This document shows positions 47,813 through 60,437 of a stretch of 64,000 nt of DNA, in pieces. Under the pieces are notes generated by a model that ran no database searches, had not been told where the DNA came from, and saw nothing but the letters and a program-made list of their open reading frames with translations. Positions within the stretch are counted from its first letter, which is position 1; each line of letters starts with the position of its first letter. Position numbers and translations under genes: made by a program. Source of the DNA: Longimicrobiales bacterium (GTDB lineage: Bacteria > Gemmatimonadota > Gemmatimonadetes > Longimicrobiales > Gaopeijiaceae); contig CBDCNQ010000005.1 of the NCBI GenBank assembly GCA_965219445.1, forward strand, positions 320,001-384,000, given 5' to 3'.

Positions 47813-50494
47813 ATGACCGAAGGCCACACCGACCGCCTGGAAGCCGCGCTGGACGGTAAGTACCGCATCGAGCGGAAGCTCGGTGAGGGTGGGATGGCGT
47901 CGGTCTATCTGGCGGAGGACATCAAGCACAAGCGTAAGGTCGCGCTCAAGATCCTGAAGCCCGAGCTGGCGGCCGTGATCGGGGCCGAACGTTTCCTCTC
48001 GGAGATCCGGACCACCGCGAACCTTCAGCACCCTCACATCCTGGCGCTGTTCGATTCAGAGAGCGCCGACGGCTACCTCTACTACGTGATGCCGTTCATC
48101 GACGGCGAGACGCTGGAGGACAAGCTCGAGCGCGAGAGGCAGCTGGGTGTGGATGAAGCGGTCAGGATCGCGCGTGACGTGGCCGACGCGCTCGACTACG
48201 CGCACCGGCAGGGGGTGATCCACCGCGACATCAAGCCGGGCAACGTCCTGCTGCACGACGGCCGGCCAGTGGTGGCGGACTTCGGGATCGCGCTCGCGGT
48301 GAGCGCGGCGGGTGGCGGCAGGATGACCGAGACGGGCCTGAGTCTCGGCACGCCGCACTACATGAGCCCCGAGCAAGCGAGCGCAGACCGCGACCTGTCT
48401 GCCCGCAGCGATGTCTACAGCCTCGGGTGCGTGCTGTACGAGATGATCGCGGGCCAACCGCCGCACACGGGTCCGAGCGCCCAGTCAATCCTGGTCAGGA
48501 TTCTCACGGACACCCCACGGCCACTTACGGAGCTCAGGCACACCGTCCCACCTCACGTGGCCGCGACGGTCGCGAAGGCGCTCGAGAAGCTCCCGGCCGA
48601 CCGCTTCGAGACGGCAAAGTCGTTCCTGGAGGCGCTCGAGGACGAAGGGTTCGCCTACGAGCCCAAGGCGTTCACGAAGGCGGCGACGCCGGCGGCACCG
48701 CCGCCTGATGCGGCTCCGGCCCGACGCCCGACCTGGCAGTCGGTCTTGCCGTGGGCGGCGGCCGGCGTGCTCGCCATCGCCGCGGGGGCCTCCTGGCTCC
48801 AGCCCGATCCGCCCACGCTCGTGCAGCGCTTCCCGCTGGCCCTCGGTGACTTCGGGTACGGTGCGGGACCAGCGTTCGCGATCTCGCCGGATGGATCGAC
48901 GATCGCCTACATCGGTGTGGACCAGCTACTCTACTGGCGGTTGATCTCCTCGCTGGAGGCGCAGGTGGTGCCAGGAAGCGAGCAGTCGCGCAGCCCCTTC
49001 TTCTCGCCGGACGGCCGCACGATCGGCTATACGATCGGGCCGGTGGCCGACGACCGCATCCGCACGATGTCGCTGGACGGGGCTCCTCCGCGCACGCTCA
49101 CGCCGGACCACTTTCCGGGCGGCACCTGGGGCTATGACGGTTTCGTCTACTACGTGGACCTCGCCGGAGCGTTGTGGCGCGTGTCCGAGCAGGGCGGCGA
49201 CCCGGAGCTCTTGGCCGAGGCGAGCGATGACCTCCAGTTCAGGTGGCCGGACGCTCTTCCGGGCGGGCGCGCATTGCTCGTCGCCTCGCTCGGAGGGACG
49301 GTGTCGACCTTCGACTTGGAGTCCCGTGAGGCGACCCCGTTGCTTGCGGCGGGCATCGCGAGGTACGCCGGTGGCCACGTCTTCTGGGTGGACGCCGAGG
49401 GAACGCTCTTCGCCGCACCATTCGACCCAGGCACTCTGGAGCTGACGGGCGCGGGGGTGGAGCTGGCCGACGGCGTGCAAGCCAGCCTCCAGGGCTCCTT
49501 CGACTTCGCGGTCTCCGAGAACGGGACGTTGATCTATTCGACGGGTACGGGCGGATCGTCAGCCGGCGGCGGCCTCGTATGGGTGGACCGCGACGAGCAG
49601 GCTTCCGTGATCGATCCCCGGATCGCATCGGAGTTGATAGACATCGACAACCTTGCCTTGTCCCCGGATGGCCGCTTCGTCGCCCTCGAGGTGCAGACAG
49701 AACCAGCACCCGTGGAGGGCGCCCCTGCCCAGATCTGGGTCTACGATCTCGACCAGGGCGTATTCACACGGCTGACGTTCCAGGGTACCCGGAACGCGCA
49801 GCCGCGGTGGATGCCCGATGGCCGCGCGGTGGCGTACCTGTCGGATCAAGGCGAAGGCCCCACGGCCATCTGGTCCCAGCCCTACGACCGGACCGGGACA
49901 GACCAACTGCTGTTTCAGGCCGAGTGGGACATCACAGGGTTCGACGTCGCTCTGGTCGAGGGACTACCGCTCATCGTGGGTGGAAATGGTGGCCAGTGGC
50001 TGGCGCAGCCCGGGGGCTCGACGGTCGAGCCCTTCCTGGTGACAGACTTCGTGGAGTGGCGGCCCCGCATTTCGCCAGACGGCCGGTGGGTCGCTTACGA
50101 GTCCGACGAGTCCGGAAACCGTGAGGTGTACGTCCGCTCGTTCCCCGAGGGGGGACGTCCGTGGTCGATCTCGCGCGGGGCTGGGCAGATCCCGATGTGG
50201 AGTCGGTCGGGCGAAGAGATTGTTTACGGAGCACTAGGACAGGGTCTCCTGGCCGCTACCGTGGAGTTGAGTGAAGAGGTCCGGGTCTCCTCTACGAGTG
50301 TACTCCTTTCCAACCTGACTCCGTTCGAGCCGTCGGTCCCGACCCGTCCGTCCGCCTCGTACGACGTGTCGCTGGACGGCGAGCAGCTACTCCTCATCGC
50401 TAGTTCCGGGACGGGCGCGACAGGTGGCAGGGCAGAGGGCAACGTGCTCGTGCTCAACGTGTTCGAGGAGCTTCACCAGCGCACGGGGAACTGA
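47813..50494 (+). CDS. Ser/Thr protein kinase with TM helix and TolB/PD40-like beta-propeller region (kinase 3)
   Basis: LGEGGMASVY, HRDIKPGN, DFG, GTPHYMSPE; SPDG repeats; C-terminal VLNVFEELHQRTGN. Confidence 0.95.
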   Translation: MTEGHTDRLEAALDGKYRIERKLGEGGMASVYLAEDIKHKRKVALKILKPELAAVIGAERFLSEIRTTANLQHPHILALFDSESADGYLYYVMPFIDGETLEDKLERERQLGVDEAVRIARDVADALDYAHRQGVIHRDIKPGNVLLHDGRPVVADFGIALAVSAAGGGRMTETGLSLGTPHYMSPEQASADRDLSARSDVYSLGCVLYEMIAGQPPHTGPSAQSILVRILTDTPRPLTELRHTVPPHVAATVAKALEKLPADRFETAKSFLEALEDEGFAYEPKAFTKAATPAAPPPDAAPARRPTWQSVLPWAAAGVLAIAAGASWLQPDPPTLVQRFPLALGDFGYGAGPAFAISPDGSTIAYIGVDQLLYWRLISSLEAQVVPGSEQSRSPFFSPDGRTIGYTIGPVADDRIRTMSLDGAPPRTLTPDHFPGGTWGYDGFVYYVDLAGALWRVSEQGGDPELLAEASDDLQFRWPDALPGGRALLVASLGGTVSTFDLESREATPLLAAGIARYAGGHVFWVDAEGTLFAAPFDPGTLELTGAGVELADGVQASLQGSFDFAVSENGTLIYSTGTGGSSAGGGLVWVDRDEQASVIDPRIASELIDIDNLALSPDGRFVALEVQTEPAPVEGAPAQIWVYDLDQGVFTRLTFQGTRNAQPRWMPDGRAVAYLSDQGEGPTAIWSQPYDRTGTDQLLFQAEWDITGFDVALVEGLPLIVGGNGGQWLAQPGGSTVEPFLVTDFVEWRPRISPDGRWVAYESDESGNREVYVRSFPEGGRPWSISRGAGQIPMWSRSGEEIVYGALGQGLLAATVELSEEVRVSSTSVLLSNLTPFEPSVPTRPSASYDVSLDGEQLLLIASSGTGATGGRAEGNVLVLNVFEELHQRTGN

Positions 50495-50706
50495 TGTCTG
50501 ATCCCGTCGCCCGGCTGAACGCAGCCCTCGAAGGCCGCTACGCGATAGAGCGTGAGTTGGGCGAGGGCGGCATGGCGACGGTCTACCTGGCCGATGACCT
50601 CAAGCACGAGCGCAAGGTCGCCCTCAAGGTCTTGAAGCCGGAACTCGCGGCAGTCGTCGGCGCCGAGCGCTTCCTGGCCGAGATCAAGACGACGGCGAAC
50701 CTGACT
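50494..50706 (+). pseudogene. Truncated kinase 4 (first about 71 codons)
   Basis: TGATG overlap; MSDPVARLNAALEGRY...EIKTTANLT, then runs into the 3' end of a convergent gene. Confidence 0.92.
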
Positions 50707-50747
50707 CGCGAGGCCGTGCCCAGGCCAAGGTGCGCGCGCTCGCCCCC

Positions 50748-51605
50748 CTACCCCGAGGTCAAGCGCGCCGTAAAGGTCCCCTCACTGGAGGTAAACGCCG
50801 AGAACACGCCCAACCCACCCCGGACATTGCTGGGTGGCTCGTTGAGGTCGCGGGAGTCCTGCACTCGACCCTCATAGAGATCGGCGTATTCCTGATTCAC
50901 GTGGTATAGGCGAATACGATGCTCGCCGAGGTGGGTGAGGGAGAGCTGGCTTACCGTGGTGCTGTCCGCGGGCGTAGGTGTCGACACGAAGCGCCTCGCC
51001 TGTCCGATGAATTCCGGGGCCGGGATCTGCTCCGGATCGGTCTCGAGGTTGTCCACCACCACGAAGAACAGATCCCGCTCAGGGTTGATCCAGCGGACGA
51101 CGAGGCCACCGAAGGCCAGGCCGCCCGGGCCGCCGCCCCGCCCGCCGAATCCCCCGAACCCAGCGGTGAGGTCCACCACCTCCAAGACATTGGACGACAC
51201 AGCGAATCCCTCCGGTGGAGACGGCACCACGGTCGTTGCCGAGATGCTCTCGGAGCCACGGGAGATGCCCAACTCGAAGACTTCGCCCGCCCCGACCACG
51301 AGATCCGAACCCGGATAGTGATACGTTCCCGCCGCTCCCGGAGTGGCGATCAAGTCGAAGCGAACGTCGCCACGCTCCAGCCAGACCGTGGCATCGCTCA
51401 CGGGCATGCCGAGCGTGTCCTCAGACACCAACGGGACCGTGGTCGTGATGCGGATATCGGCCACGGGCTCGCCGGCGAACAGGAAGGCCCGAACCACGAG
51501 AATATCTCCCTCGGGGCCCACCGGATCGGAGTCGGTGCAGGCCTGCGCCGCCAGCACTCCGACCATCGCCAAAGCCCAAGCTAGATAGGGTCTCATCTGT
51601 GCCAT
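50748..51605 (-). CDS. DUF4249-like lipoprotein
   Basis: Lipobox AQAC; C-terminal EPPSNVRGGLGVFSA; directly downstream of a TonB receptor. Confidence 0.8.
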   Translation of the reverse strand: MAQMRPYLAWALAMVGVLAAQACTDSDPVGPEGDILVVRAFLFAGEPVADIRITTTVPLVSEDTLGMPVSDATVWLERGDVRFDLIATPGAAGTYHYPGSDLVVGAGEVFELGISRGSESISATTVVPSPPEGFAVSSNVLEVVDLTAGFGGFGGRGGGPGGLAFGGLVVRWINPERDLFFVVVDNLETDPEQIPAPEFIGQARRFVSTPTPADSTTVSQLSLTHLGEHRIRLYHVNQEYADLYEGRVQDSRDLNEPPSNVRGGLGVFSAFTSSEGTFTARLTSG

Positions 51606-53999
51606 CTACTTGATCCCCATCCGGAAACCGATACTGGGCGTGAACGGGAGGGTAGTCACATCCGTCACCACGACCGCGCTGTCGCTCAGGTCGAACTTCC
51701 GGTACCACACATTGTTGCGCCCGTAAGCGTTGAACGCGGAAACGTTCAGTTCGTAAAAGAAGCGGTCGGACTCGAATCGGCGGGTCGCGCCCAGATCCAT
51801 CCGATGGTAGGCGGGAAGGCGCTCGGCATTCTTGCCTCCCACATGGATGTAGCCGAATGAGGTTCCATCGAGTAGCTCCACGCCATACTCGCTCTCGGGC
51901 GCCGTAAACGGCCGACCCGACCCGTAGACCCACGTACCCGAGAACGTCCAGGGTCCAACTTGATAGACACCCACCGTCTTGAGCTCGTGCGTCTGGTCAT
52001 GGCTTGCTGCAAAAGGCTCCCCGCGGTTGAAGTCGTCCAGGTCGTACTCGACCCGGCTCAGCGAGTAGCTCACCCAACCAGTGAGCGGACCCGCCTTCTT
52101 CTGAACGAGTAGTTCCACCCCTTTTGCGACACCCGTACCCGAGAAGAACAGGTCGATGAAGGCCTGCCCGGGCCCACGACGGGAGCGCGTGGAGAACTGC
52201 GTCACGCCGTCGAGACTCTTGTGGTAGCCCTCGAGGTCGAAGAGGAAGCTCCGGGTCTCGTAGCTGACACCCAACAGACGATGCTCGGCGGAGGTGGGAG
52301 ACAGAACAGAGTCAGCGAGCACCCAGAAGTCACGGCTCCCCTCGAGAATGTCCTCGTTCTCCACCCGCTTGATGAACTGGTTATAACGGCCCCAGGCACC
52401 CTTGGCCTTGAGATTCGAGCCGAGGGGGAGTTCCAGGGAGGCACGTGGTTCGAGGTAACTTCTCCGCGTCGCGTCGGAGTGGGTGCCCCGGGCTCCCGTA
52501 GTGAGCTTGAGCCCGGCGGGACCGGTCCAGACGTGCTGGACGTACCCGCTCGTCTGGAGCGCGTCGCCGGCCAGGGCCAAGCTCCCCCGGACGGAGTCCC
52601 CCTGAAGCTGCTCGAAGCCGTAGCGGACGTCGCTCTGAGTCAGCAGAGCCCCGAAGTCGACGGTGGAGGATCGCGCAGCCCTCCAGGAGTTGTCCAACCG
52701 AAGGCTCAGATCCTGGACCCGGTTCTCTTCCAGGAACCCGTTGGCGAACTGATCGGACGTGATCTGCCGGGTGCCGTCGCTGAAGTACTCGCTGGCGGCG
52801 ACCTGTGCGTCCGAACTGAAGCGTCCTCCCCACTGCCGGAACCAGCGGCCGCTAAGACCGCGGTTCCCCCAGTCGGTGATCTCCTCGCGACTCGGCGTAT
52901 TGAAGGCGTTGCCACCGAACTGGATCGCCTGGCCCGCGGAGGACTGGTCCAGATTGTCCGCCCCGCTGTAGAGGCTCATCGCGACTACGTCGCGGGACGT
53001 CGCATTCCAGGTCAGCTTGGAGTTCACGTCGTAGAAGTAGAACGAGGGGGTGGCCTCCTGGACCTGAAATCGCCTGCGACGGCCGCCGAAGCCCGCAGGC
53101 TGCTGTGTGTCCGCCGCCTCGTCCGCGTCGGTCAGCGTATTGAAGAGGCTGTTGAAGAGGCCGCTCTGGATGACGTCCGTATACGACCTTCGGGCGGAGG
53201 CCACGAGCGCGGCGGCGTCCCCGAGCGGGATCTCCACGGCGGTGCGGCCACTCAGTAGATTCGCGCCGGCGCTCATGCGGAAGGCCTGGGGATCCCCCGC
53301 CCGCCCGATCATGTTCACCACGCTGGACGTGCGCCCGCCGTAGCGGGCTGGATACGCGGACTTGTAGAGCTCCACGTCCTTGATGGCGTCGGCGTTGAAG
53401 GCACTGAACACGCCGAAGAAGTGGTCCACGTGGTAAACGGTCATGCCGTCCAGGAGTACCAGATTCTCGTCCGGGGTCCCACCCCGAACGAAGAGTCCCG
53501 AGGTGGCGTCGTTCGTGCCGCTCACGCCCGGTAGAAGCTGGAGCGAGCGGAAGACGTCTGGCTCGCCTAAGGACGGCAGAACCTGGATCTGCTCCGGCGA
53601 GATCGTGACCTGGCCGATCCCGCGACCGGCGTCCATGACTGGCGTCTGCGCGCGAACGCGTATTCCAGCGAGCACGATAGCGTCCGGCGCCAGCATCACT
53701 CTCAGCGGGTCCGTCGGTACTTCGGCAAGCTCCAACACGAGCGTCCTGTAGCTGAGGTGCTCGATGGTGAGTTGGATGGGTCCAGCGGGGAGGCCCACGA
53801 GGGCGAACCGTCCGAACGCATCGGTGAGAGCACCGAAGGAGGATTCGCCCAGGGTGATCGAGACGTTGGGAAGAACCTCGTAGGAGAGGGAGTCCACCAC
53901 GGTCCCCGTCACGTCGGTGCTCTGGCTCCACACGCCCAGGGGCGTCAGAAGAGCGAGGGTCATCAGCATCAGAGTGGTCTTCAGTGCCCGATCACGCAT
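51606..53999 (-). CDS. TonB-dependent receptor
   Basis: CarboxypepD-like N-domain, GEPDVFRSLQLLPGV, VRGGTPDENL, ARYGGRTSSV, RLPAYHRMDL. Confidence 0.93.
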   Translation of the reverse strand: MRDRALKTTLMLMTLALLTPLGVWSQSTDVTGTVVDSLSYEVLPNVSITLGESSFGALTDAFGRFALVGLPAGPIQLTIEHLSYRTLVLELAEVPTDPLRVMLAPDAIVLAGIRVRAQTPVMDAGRGIGQVTISPEQIQVLPSLGEPDVFRSLQLLPGVSGTNDATSGLFVRGGTPDENLVLLDGMTVYHVDHFFGVFSAFNADAIKDVELYKSAYPARYGGRTSSVVNMIGRAGDPQAFRMSAGANLLSGRTAVEIPLGDAAALVASARRSYTDVIQSGLFNSLFNTLTDADEAADTQQPAGFGGRRRRFQVQEATPSFYFYDVNSKLTWNATSRDVVAMSLYSGADNLDQSSAGQAIQFGGNAFNTPSREEITDWGNRGLSGRWFRQWGGRFSSDAQVAASEYFSDGTRQITSDQFANGFLEENRVQDLSLRLDNSWRAARSSTVDFGALLTQSDVRYGFEQLQGDSVRGSLALAGDALQTSGYVQHVWTGPAGLKLTTGARGTHSDATRRSYLEPRASLELPLGSNLKAKGAWGRYNQFIKRVENEDILEGSRDFWVLADSVLSPTSAEHRLLGVSYETRSFLFDLEGYHKSLDGVTQFSTRSRRGPGQAFIDLFFSGTGVAKGVELLVQKKAGPLTGWVSYSLSRVEYDLDDFNRGEPFAASHDQTHELKTVGVYQVGPWTFSGTWVYGSGRPFTAPESEYGVELLDGTSFGYIHVGGKNAERLPAYHRMDLGATRRFESDRFFYELNVSAFNAYGRNNVWYRKFDLSDSAVVVTDVTTLPFTPSIGFRMGIK

Positions 54000-54415
54000 C
54001 GCTCCCGCCTCTCCAAAGCGCCCGTAAATCGTTGATTCTGCTGGGTCAGAGGCTTATGGGGTATCTGACGATGCCCCCAGAGTTGCCCCAAACGCCGTGA
54101 CGCCATCCGTGAGGTCTGGGGGCAGGCCTGTACGAAGTACACCGAGAGGAGACTTCACCGATTTCTTAGCAAGGCAGCCCCTGGCAAGGTCCGACGCTGG
54201 TGGCTACCGTTGCGGTTTGGAAACTATACGGGGGTCGAGGCGGGGGAGCGGGCTGGGTGGCTTCCACCGGTCTGGCGCAGCCCCTTCGCAGCCGCCGCCC
54301 GGTCCCCATCGCTGAAGAGATCGTCCCACTGGCGGTCAGCGACCACCATGCCAGCTCGACACAGCGACCGCGGAGTCTGGTCAAACGCAACGGTCTGGAA
54401 AACTGTTGAACGGGG

Positions 54416-57165
<2,750 letters not shown>

Positions 57166-57287
57166 GGGACGAGGCGCCTGCGTCTGGTGACTGTGCGTGG
57201 AGCGTTTGTGTTCGTCTTACCCCGTAGGGTCACGGCGGTAGTCTCAACGTTCATGGCAGGGCTCCCGGCGTGGTCGCGTGGGCACGC

Positions 57288-57535
57288 TCAAGCGGCCGCC
57301 GACGCGCTTCGGTCCCTCATCGAAGGCGACTCCACTACTAGGTCAGAGCTCGATGTGCTTGGTACGGGGTCGTCTCCGTCCACGGTGACGGCGATCTGCT
57401 GCGTGGCGGTCAATCCGCCAGGGTCGGTGGCCCTGACCGAGACGATAGCGGCACCGGCACTTACCGGAGTTAGCGTTAAGGTGGTTCCCGAAACGCTGGC
57501 GCTCACAACACCGACGTCACTGGAGACGGCAGCAT
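57288..57535 (-). pseudogene. Fragment of an Ig/cadherin-like surface protein
   Basis: SSDVGVVSASVSGTTLTLTPVSAGAAIVSVRATDPGGLTATQQIAVTV. Confidence 0.65.
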
Positions 57536-57537
57536 TT

Positions 57538-57675
57538 GCACAGGTAGACGTCTTCGTCGAGCAGGGTCGCCACAACCTCGGCCGGGGACCGGTCCACGAA
57601 TCGCTCCGAACACAGCGTGTCGAAGACCTTGTCTCGTTCCTTCTCGCTCAAGGCCCGGGCTGGGGTCAGGCGAGG
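57538..57675 (-). mobile_element. IS3-family transposase fragment
   Basis: Minus strand reads ARALSEKERDKVFDTLCSERFVDRSPAEVVATLLDEDVYLC. Confidence 0.7.
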
Positions 57676-57906
57676 CTGCTGATGCCCGGGCTGTAGTGAT
57701 ATTGTTGTAAGTCCTTGCCATTATTCTACTTATCACTATACACCTATCTATTGTCCCCTCATTACACCCCTCTTTCTGAACGGGAATCCAGTGGACCGTA
57801 GCGGAGGTTCCCGGAGGCGGCGAAGGAGCGAAGCTTGCCGGAGGGCAGTTTGTCGATGGCCCCTGTCCTCTCTCATCGCGAACTGTCAGATGATTTCCGT
57901 CTCAGA

Positions 57907-58134
57907 TCACTTCGCGTTGCCGCGGCTCGCGGCGATCTGCTCTCGGATCCACGCATCCACTTCGGACTCGATCCAGCCGACGGCGCGCGCGCCTAGCCGG
58001 ATCGGTTGGGGAAAGCTCCCGTCGGCCACCCGCACGTAGATCGTGCTCCGCGCCAGCCCGGTGCGGGTCTGCACTCGAGGTAACCTCAGGACGCGGGCGG
58101 GCGCGTCCATGCTCTGTTCCATTGCTCTCGTCAT
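57907..58134 (-). CDS. AlpA family regulator/excisionase
   Basis: VLRLPRVQTRTGLARSTIYVRVADGSFPQPIRLGARAVGWIESEVDAWI; GGAGG RBS. Confidence 0.92.
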   Translation of the reverse strand: MTRAMEQSMDAPARVLRLPRVQTRTGLARSTIYVRVADGSFPQPIRLGARAVGWIESEVDAWIREQIAASRGNAK

Positions 58135-58481
58135 CGGTCTGCCTCCGTTCTGTTCGGTGAAGAATTCCGGGGCGCGTTGACCCGGGAGGGAACAGGGGCC
58201 ACATGGGCCTGGCGGCAGGCTTCGATGAACACGGGGACCTGGCAGGCCATCGCCAGTCTCGGGGATCGGCCAGGACAGAGCTGACGCACCGGGTTGAGAT
58301 AGCCCACCGCCCGCAGGCCGAACGGCGCGTGGCCGAGCGCGACCGGATGCCGCCTCGGAGGGAGCTTTCAAGTGAGTCGAAGGTTGGCCGGCGGGTCGCG
58401 GTGAGGGTCACCCTGGATCTTGATCTTGCCGCATCGAGCGGGCGCGGCCCCACACGTCAAGGTGGGCGCCGCGCCCAGCGC

Positions 58482-58907
58482 TCAGCGGGAGATCACGCTC
58501 CCGTACACGCTCAGGTCCCCAAGCGTGAAGTCCTCGGCCGCCACCTGCAGCAGCCTCACGCGGTACCGGGCGTGGTCGCCCCGGTGGGGCACCCAGACCC
58601 GCAGCACGGGCCCGTCTGGCGGCAGCGCACCGGCGATGACGACCTCACGTCGTGTCGAGGACGATTCGTCCGTCTCGAACATCTCCAGACCCGGCGCCTG
58701 AAGCGAGTCGATGGCCGGACCCTCCACGACGAGCATGGCTCCGATGTCGCGGGCCTGCGGCGGGGCCGTCAACCGAACGTGCAGAGGGCCGGGATCCACG
58801 ACCGACGCGTTGGCTACGTCATACCGGGGTGCGTCATTCCGCGGGTCGACGATGCCGTCCCCGCAGCCCCAGACCGAGATTACCACGGCCAGCAACGCCG
58901 TCCGCAA
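58482..58907 (-). CDS. Hypothetical lipoprotein
   Basis: MRTALLAVVISVWGC lipoprotein-like leader. Confidence 0.6.
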   Translation of the reverse strand: MRTALLAVVISVWGCGDGIVDPRNDAPRYDVANASVVDPGPLHVRLTAPPQARDIGAMLVVEGPAIDSLQAPGLEMFETDESSSTRREVVIAGALPPDGPVLRVWVPHRGDHARYRVRLLQVAAEDFTLGDLSVYGSVISR

Positions 58908-59077
58908 CCACCCGGACCGCCGGGTCCGGGAACCGGTGGCGGGTGGGTCGGGAACCGTTCGGCGGTGGCGGGCAGGACCGCGCGCGCCCTTTCGCCGGCG
59001 GCTGGCCCCTCCCGCCGGCCCCGACGCAGGCAGCGCGGGGGGAGGGGAGGGCGGTCCGGAGCCGGCGGCCGGCCCGG

Positions 59078-59412
59078 CCGAGGAAGATCACGTTCTCCTT
59101 ACGCTCCAAGAAGCCGAGCTCGTGGAGGCTGTCGATCTGCTCGCGCTTGATCGAGGGCTGGAAGCTGAAGTCGAAGTCGTCGAGGGTCTTGATGCCCGGT
59201 AGCCGGCTCGAGCGCATCGCAGCCTGAAGGCGGCGGTTGTTGCGCAGCGTGATCTGGGCACCGAGGAGTTGCTCGATGGCCTCCGAGGCCGTCACGCCTC
59301 CGCCATCGACCCCGGTGAGGACGTCGTCGATGGCCTCCAGCGCACCGGGCATCTTGAGATCGGCGAGCTGGGCTCGGATCCGGTCACGGCGAGAGCGAGC
59401 GGCAGCCTTCAT
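59078..59412 (-). pseudogene. istB: IS21 helper ATPase IstB, truncated just before Walker A
   Basis: KTLDDFDFSFQPSI...LGFLERKENVIFLG, then unrelated sequence. Confidence 0.88.
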
Positions 59413-60437
59413 CGGTCCCCTCCCGCGATCTGGGCATAGGCCGTGAGGGGACGTCGCTCGACGTGGATGGCCGGCAAGGACGTCGTGCCGGGTGAGGAGC
59501 GATCCGGAGGCAGGACGAGGGGGTGATACGGGCGAGTCGCCAAGGGCTCGAGGAGCAGTCGTTCACGCTCGAAGCGATCGAGGGGCCGCTCCTTCAGCGT
59601 TCCGTGGCTGCGCACATTGGCTTCCGTCTCAAGCCAATGAAGGGCCTGCGCGTTGAGATCGTCGTCCGACGTGAAGGTGCGCCCGTAGAAGAAGCTCTCC
59701 CTGAGGTAGCGGATCGGCCGCTCCACCTTGCCCTTGGTCTGAGCCCGATAGGGTCGGCACGCTCGGATCCTGAAGTTCCAGTGGTAGGCGTAGCGCATGA
59801 ACTCCGGGTTCTCGACGAGGGCACCATCGTCGTATCGACCGTCCTCGATGACGACCGCCTTCATTGGGTCGAACAGAAGCTCACGGGGCACGCCGCCGAA
59901 GTAGGAAAACGAAGACTCCAGGCCATGCATCAGGGCCTTCATGGTCTGCCGGGTGTAGAACTGAACCCACAGCAGCCTCGAGTAGCCCAGCACGACGATT
60001 AGTGCGTAACGCTTGCCCCACGGTAGCCGGAAGTGGGCGAAGTCCACCTGGCCCTGACGCCCAGGCGCCGTCTCGAAGCGCACGACCGGCTCCTCTGGGG
60101 GTCGAGGCCGGACCTTGCGTACATAGCGCTTCACTTGGTTGTAACTGCCCGGGTAGCCAGCGGCCCGGACCTCCTTGAAGAGCCGTACAGCCGTGAGCTT
60201 CGGGTACTCCTTGAGACGCGTGTCGATCAACGGCTTGTACGGATCCAGCTTCGACGGCATCAGACATCTCGGACCGTACCCGACACGCTCTTCGTCCAAC
60301 TCCCGGTCCAGTTGACCGGTCTCTATCCAGTGGTACACGGTACGGCGACTGACCCCCAGATCCCGGGCGATCACCGCCTTGTTCATCCCCTGCTCGAGGT
60401 AATGACGGAGCAGCACGCGCTTCTCCCTTCCGATCAT
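59409..60437 (-). CDS. istA: IS21 family transposase IstA
   Basis: RFETAPGRQGQVDF, VLGYSRL, FGGVPRELLFD, RAQTKGKVERPIRY. Confidence 0.93.
   Translation of the reverse strand: MIGREKRVLLRHYLEQGMNKAVIARDLGVSRRTVYHWIETGQLDRELDEERVGYGPRCLMPSKLDPYKPLIDTRLKEYPKLTAVRLFKEVRAAGYPGSYNQVKRYVRKVRPRPPEEPVVRFETAPGRQGQVDFAHFRLPWGKRYALIVVLGYSRLLWVQFYTRQTMKALMHGLESSFSYFGGVPRELLFDPMKAVVIEDGRYDDGALVENPEFMRYAYHWNFRIRACRPYRAQTKGKVERPIRYLRESFFYGRTFTSDDDLNAQALHWLETEANVRSHGTLKERPLDRFERERLLLEPLATRPYHPLVLPPDRSSPGTTSLPAIHVERRPLTAYAQIAGGDR

Noticed and set aside
9769..50706. Kinase stubs as classical integron attC sites or DGR template repeats
   Set aside because: No RYYYAAC/GTTRRRY inverted cores, no IntI or reverse transcriptase in the window, and differences between copies are not adenine-specific
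54232..54250. GGTCGAGGCGGGGGAG as a tmRNA/tRNA 3'-end att remnant
   Set aside because: The match is too short and degenerate, and no T-loop sequence follows
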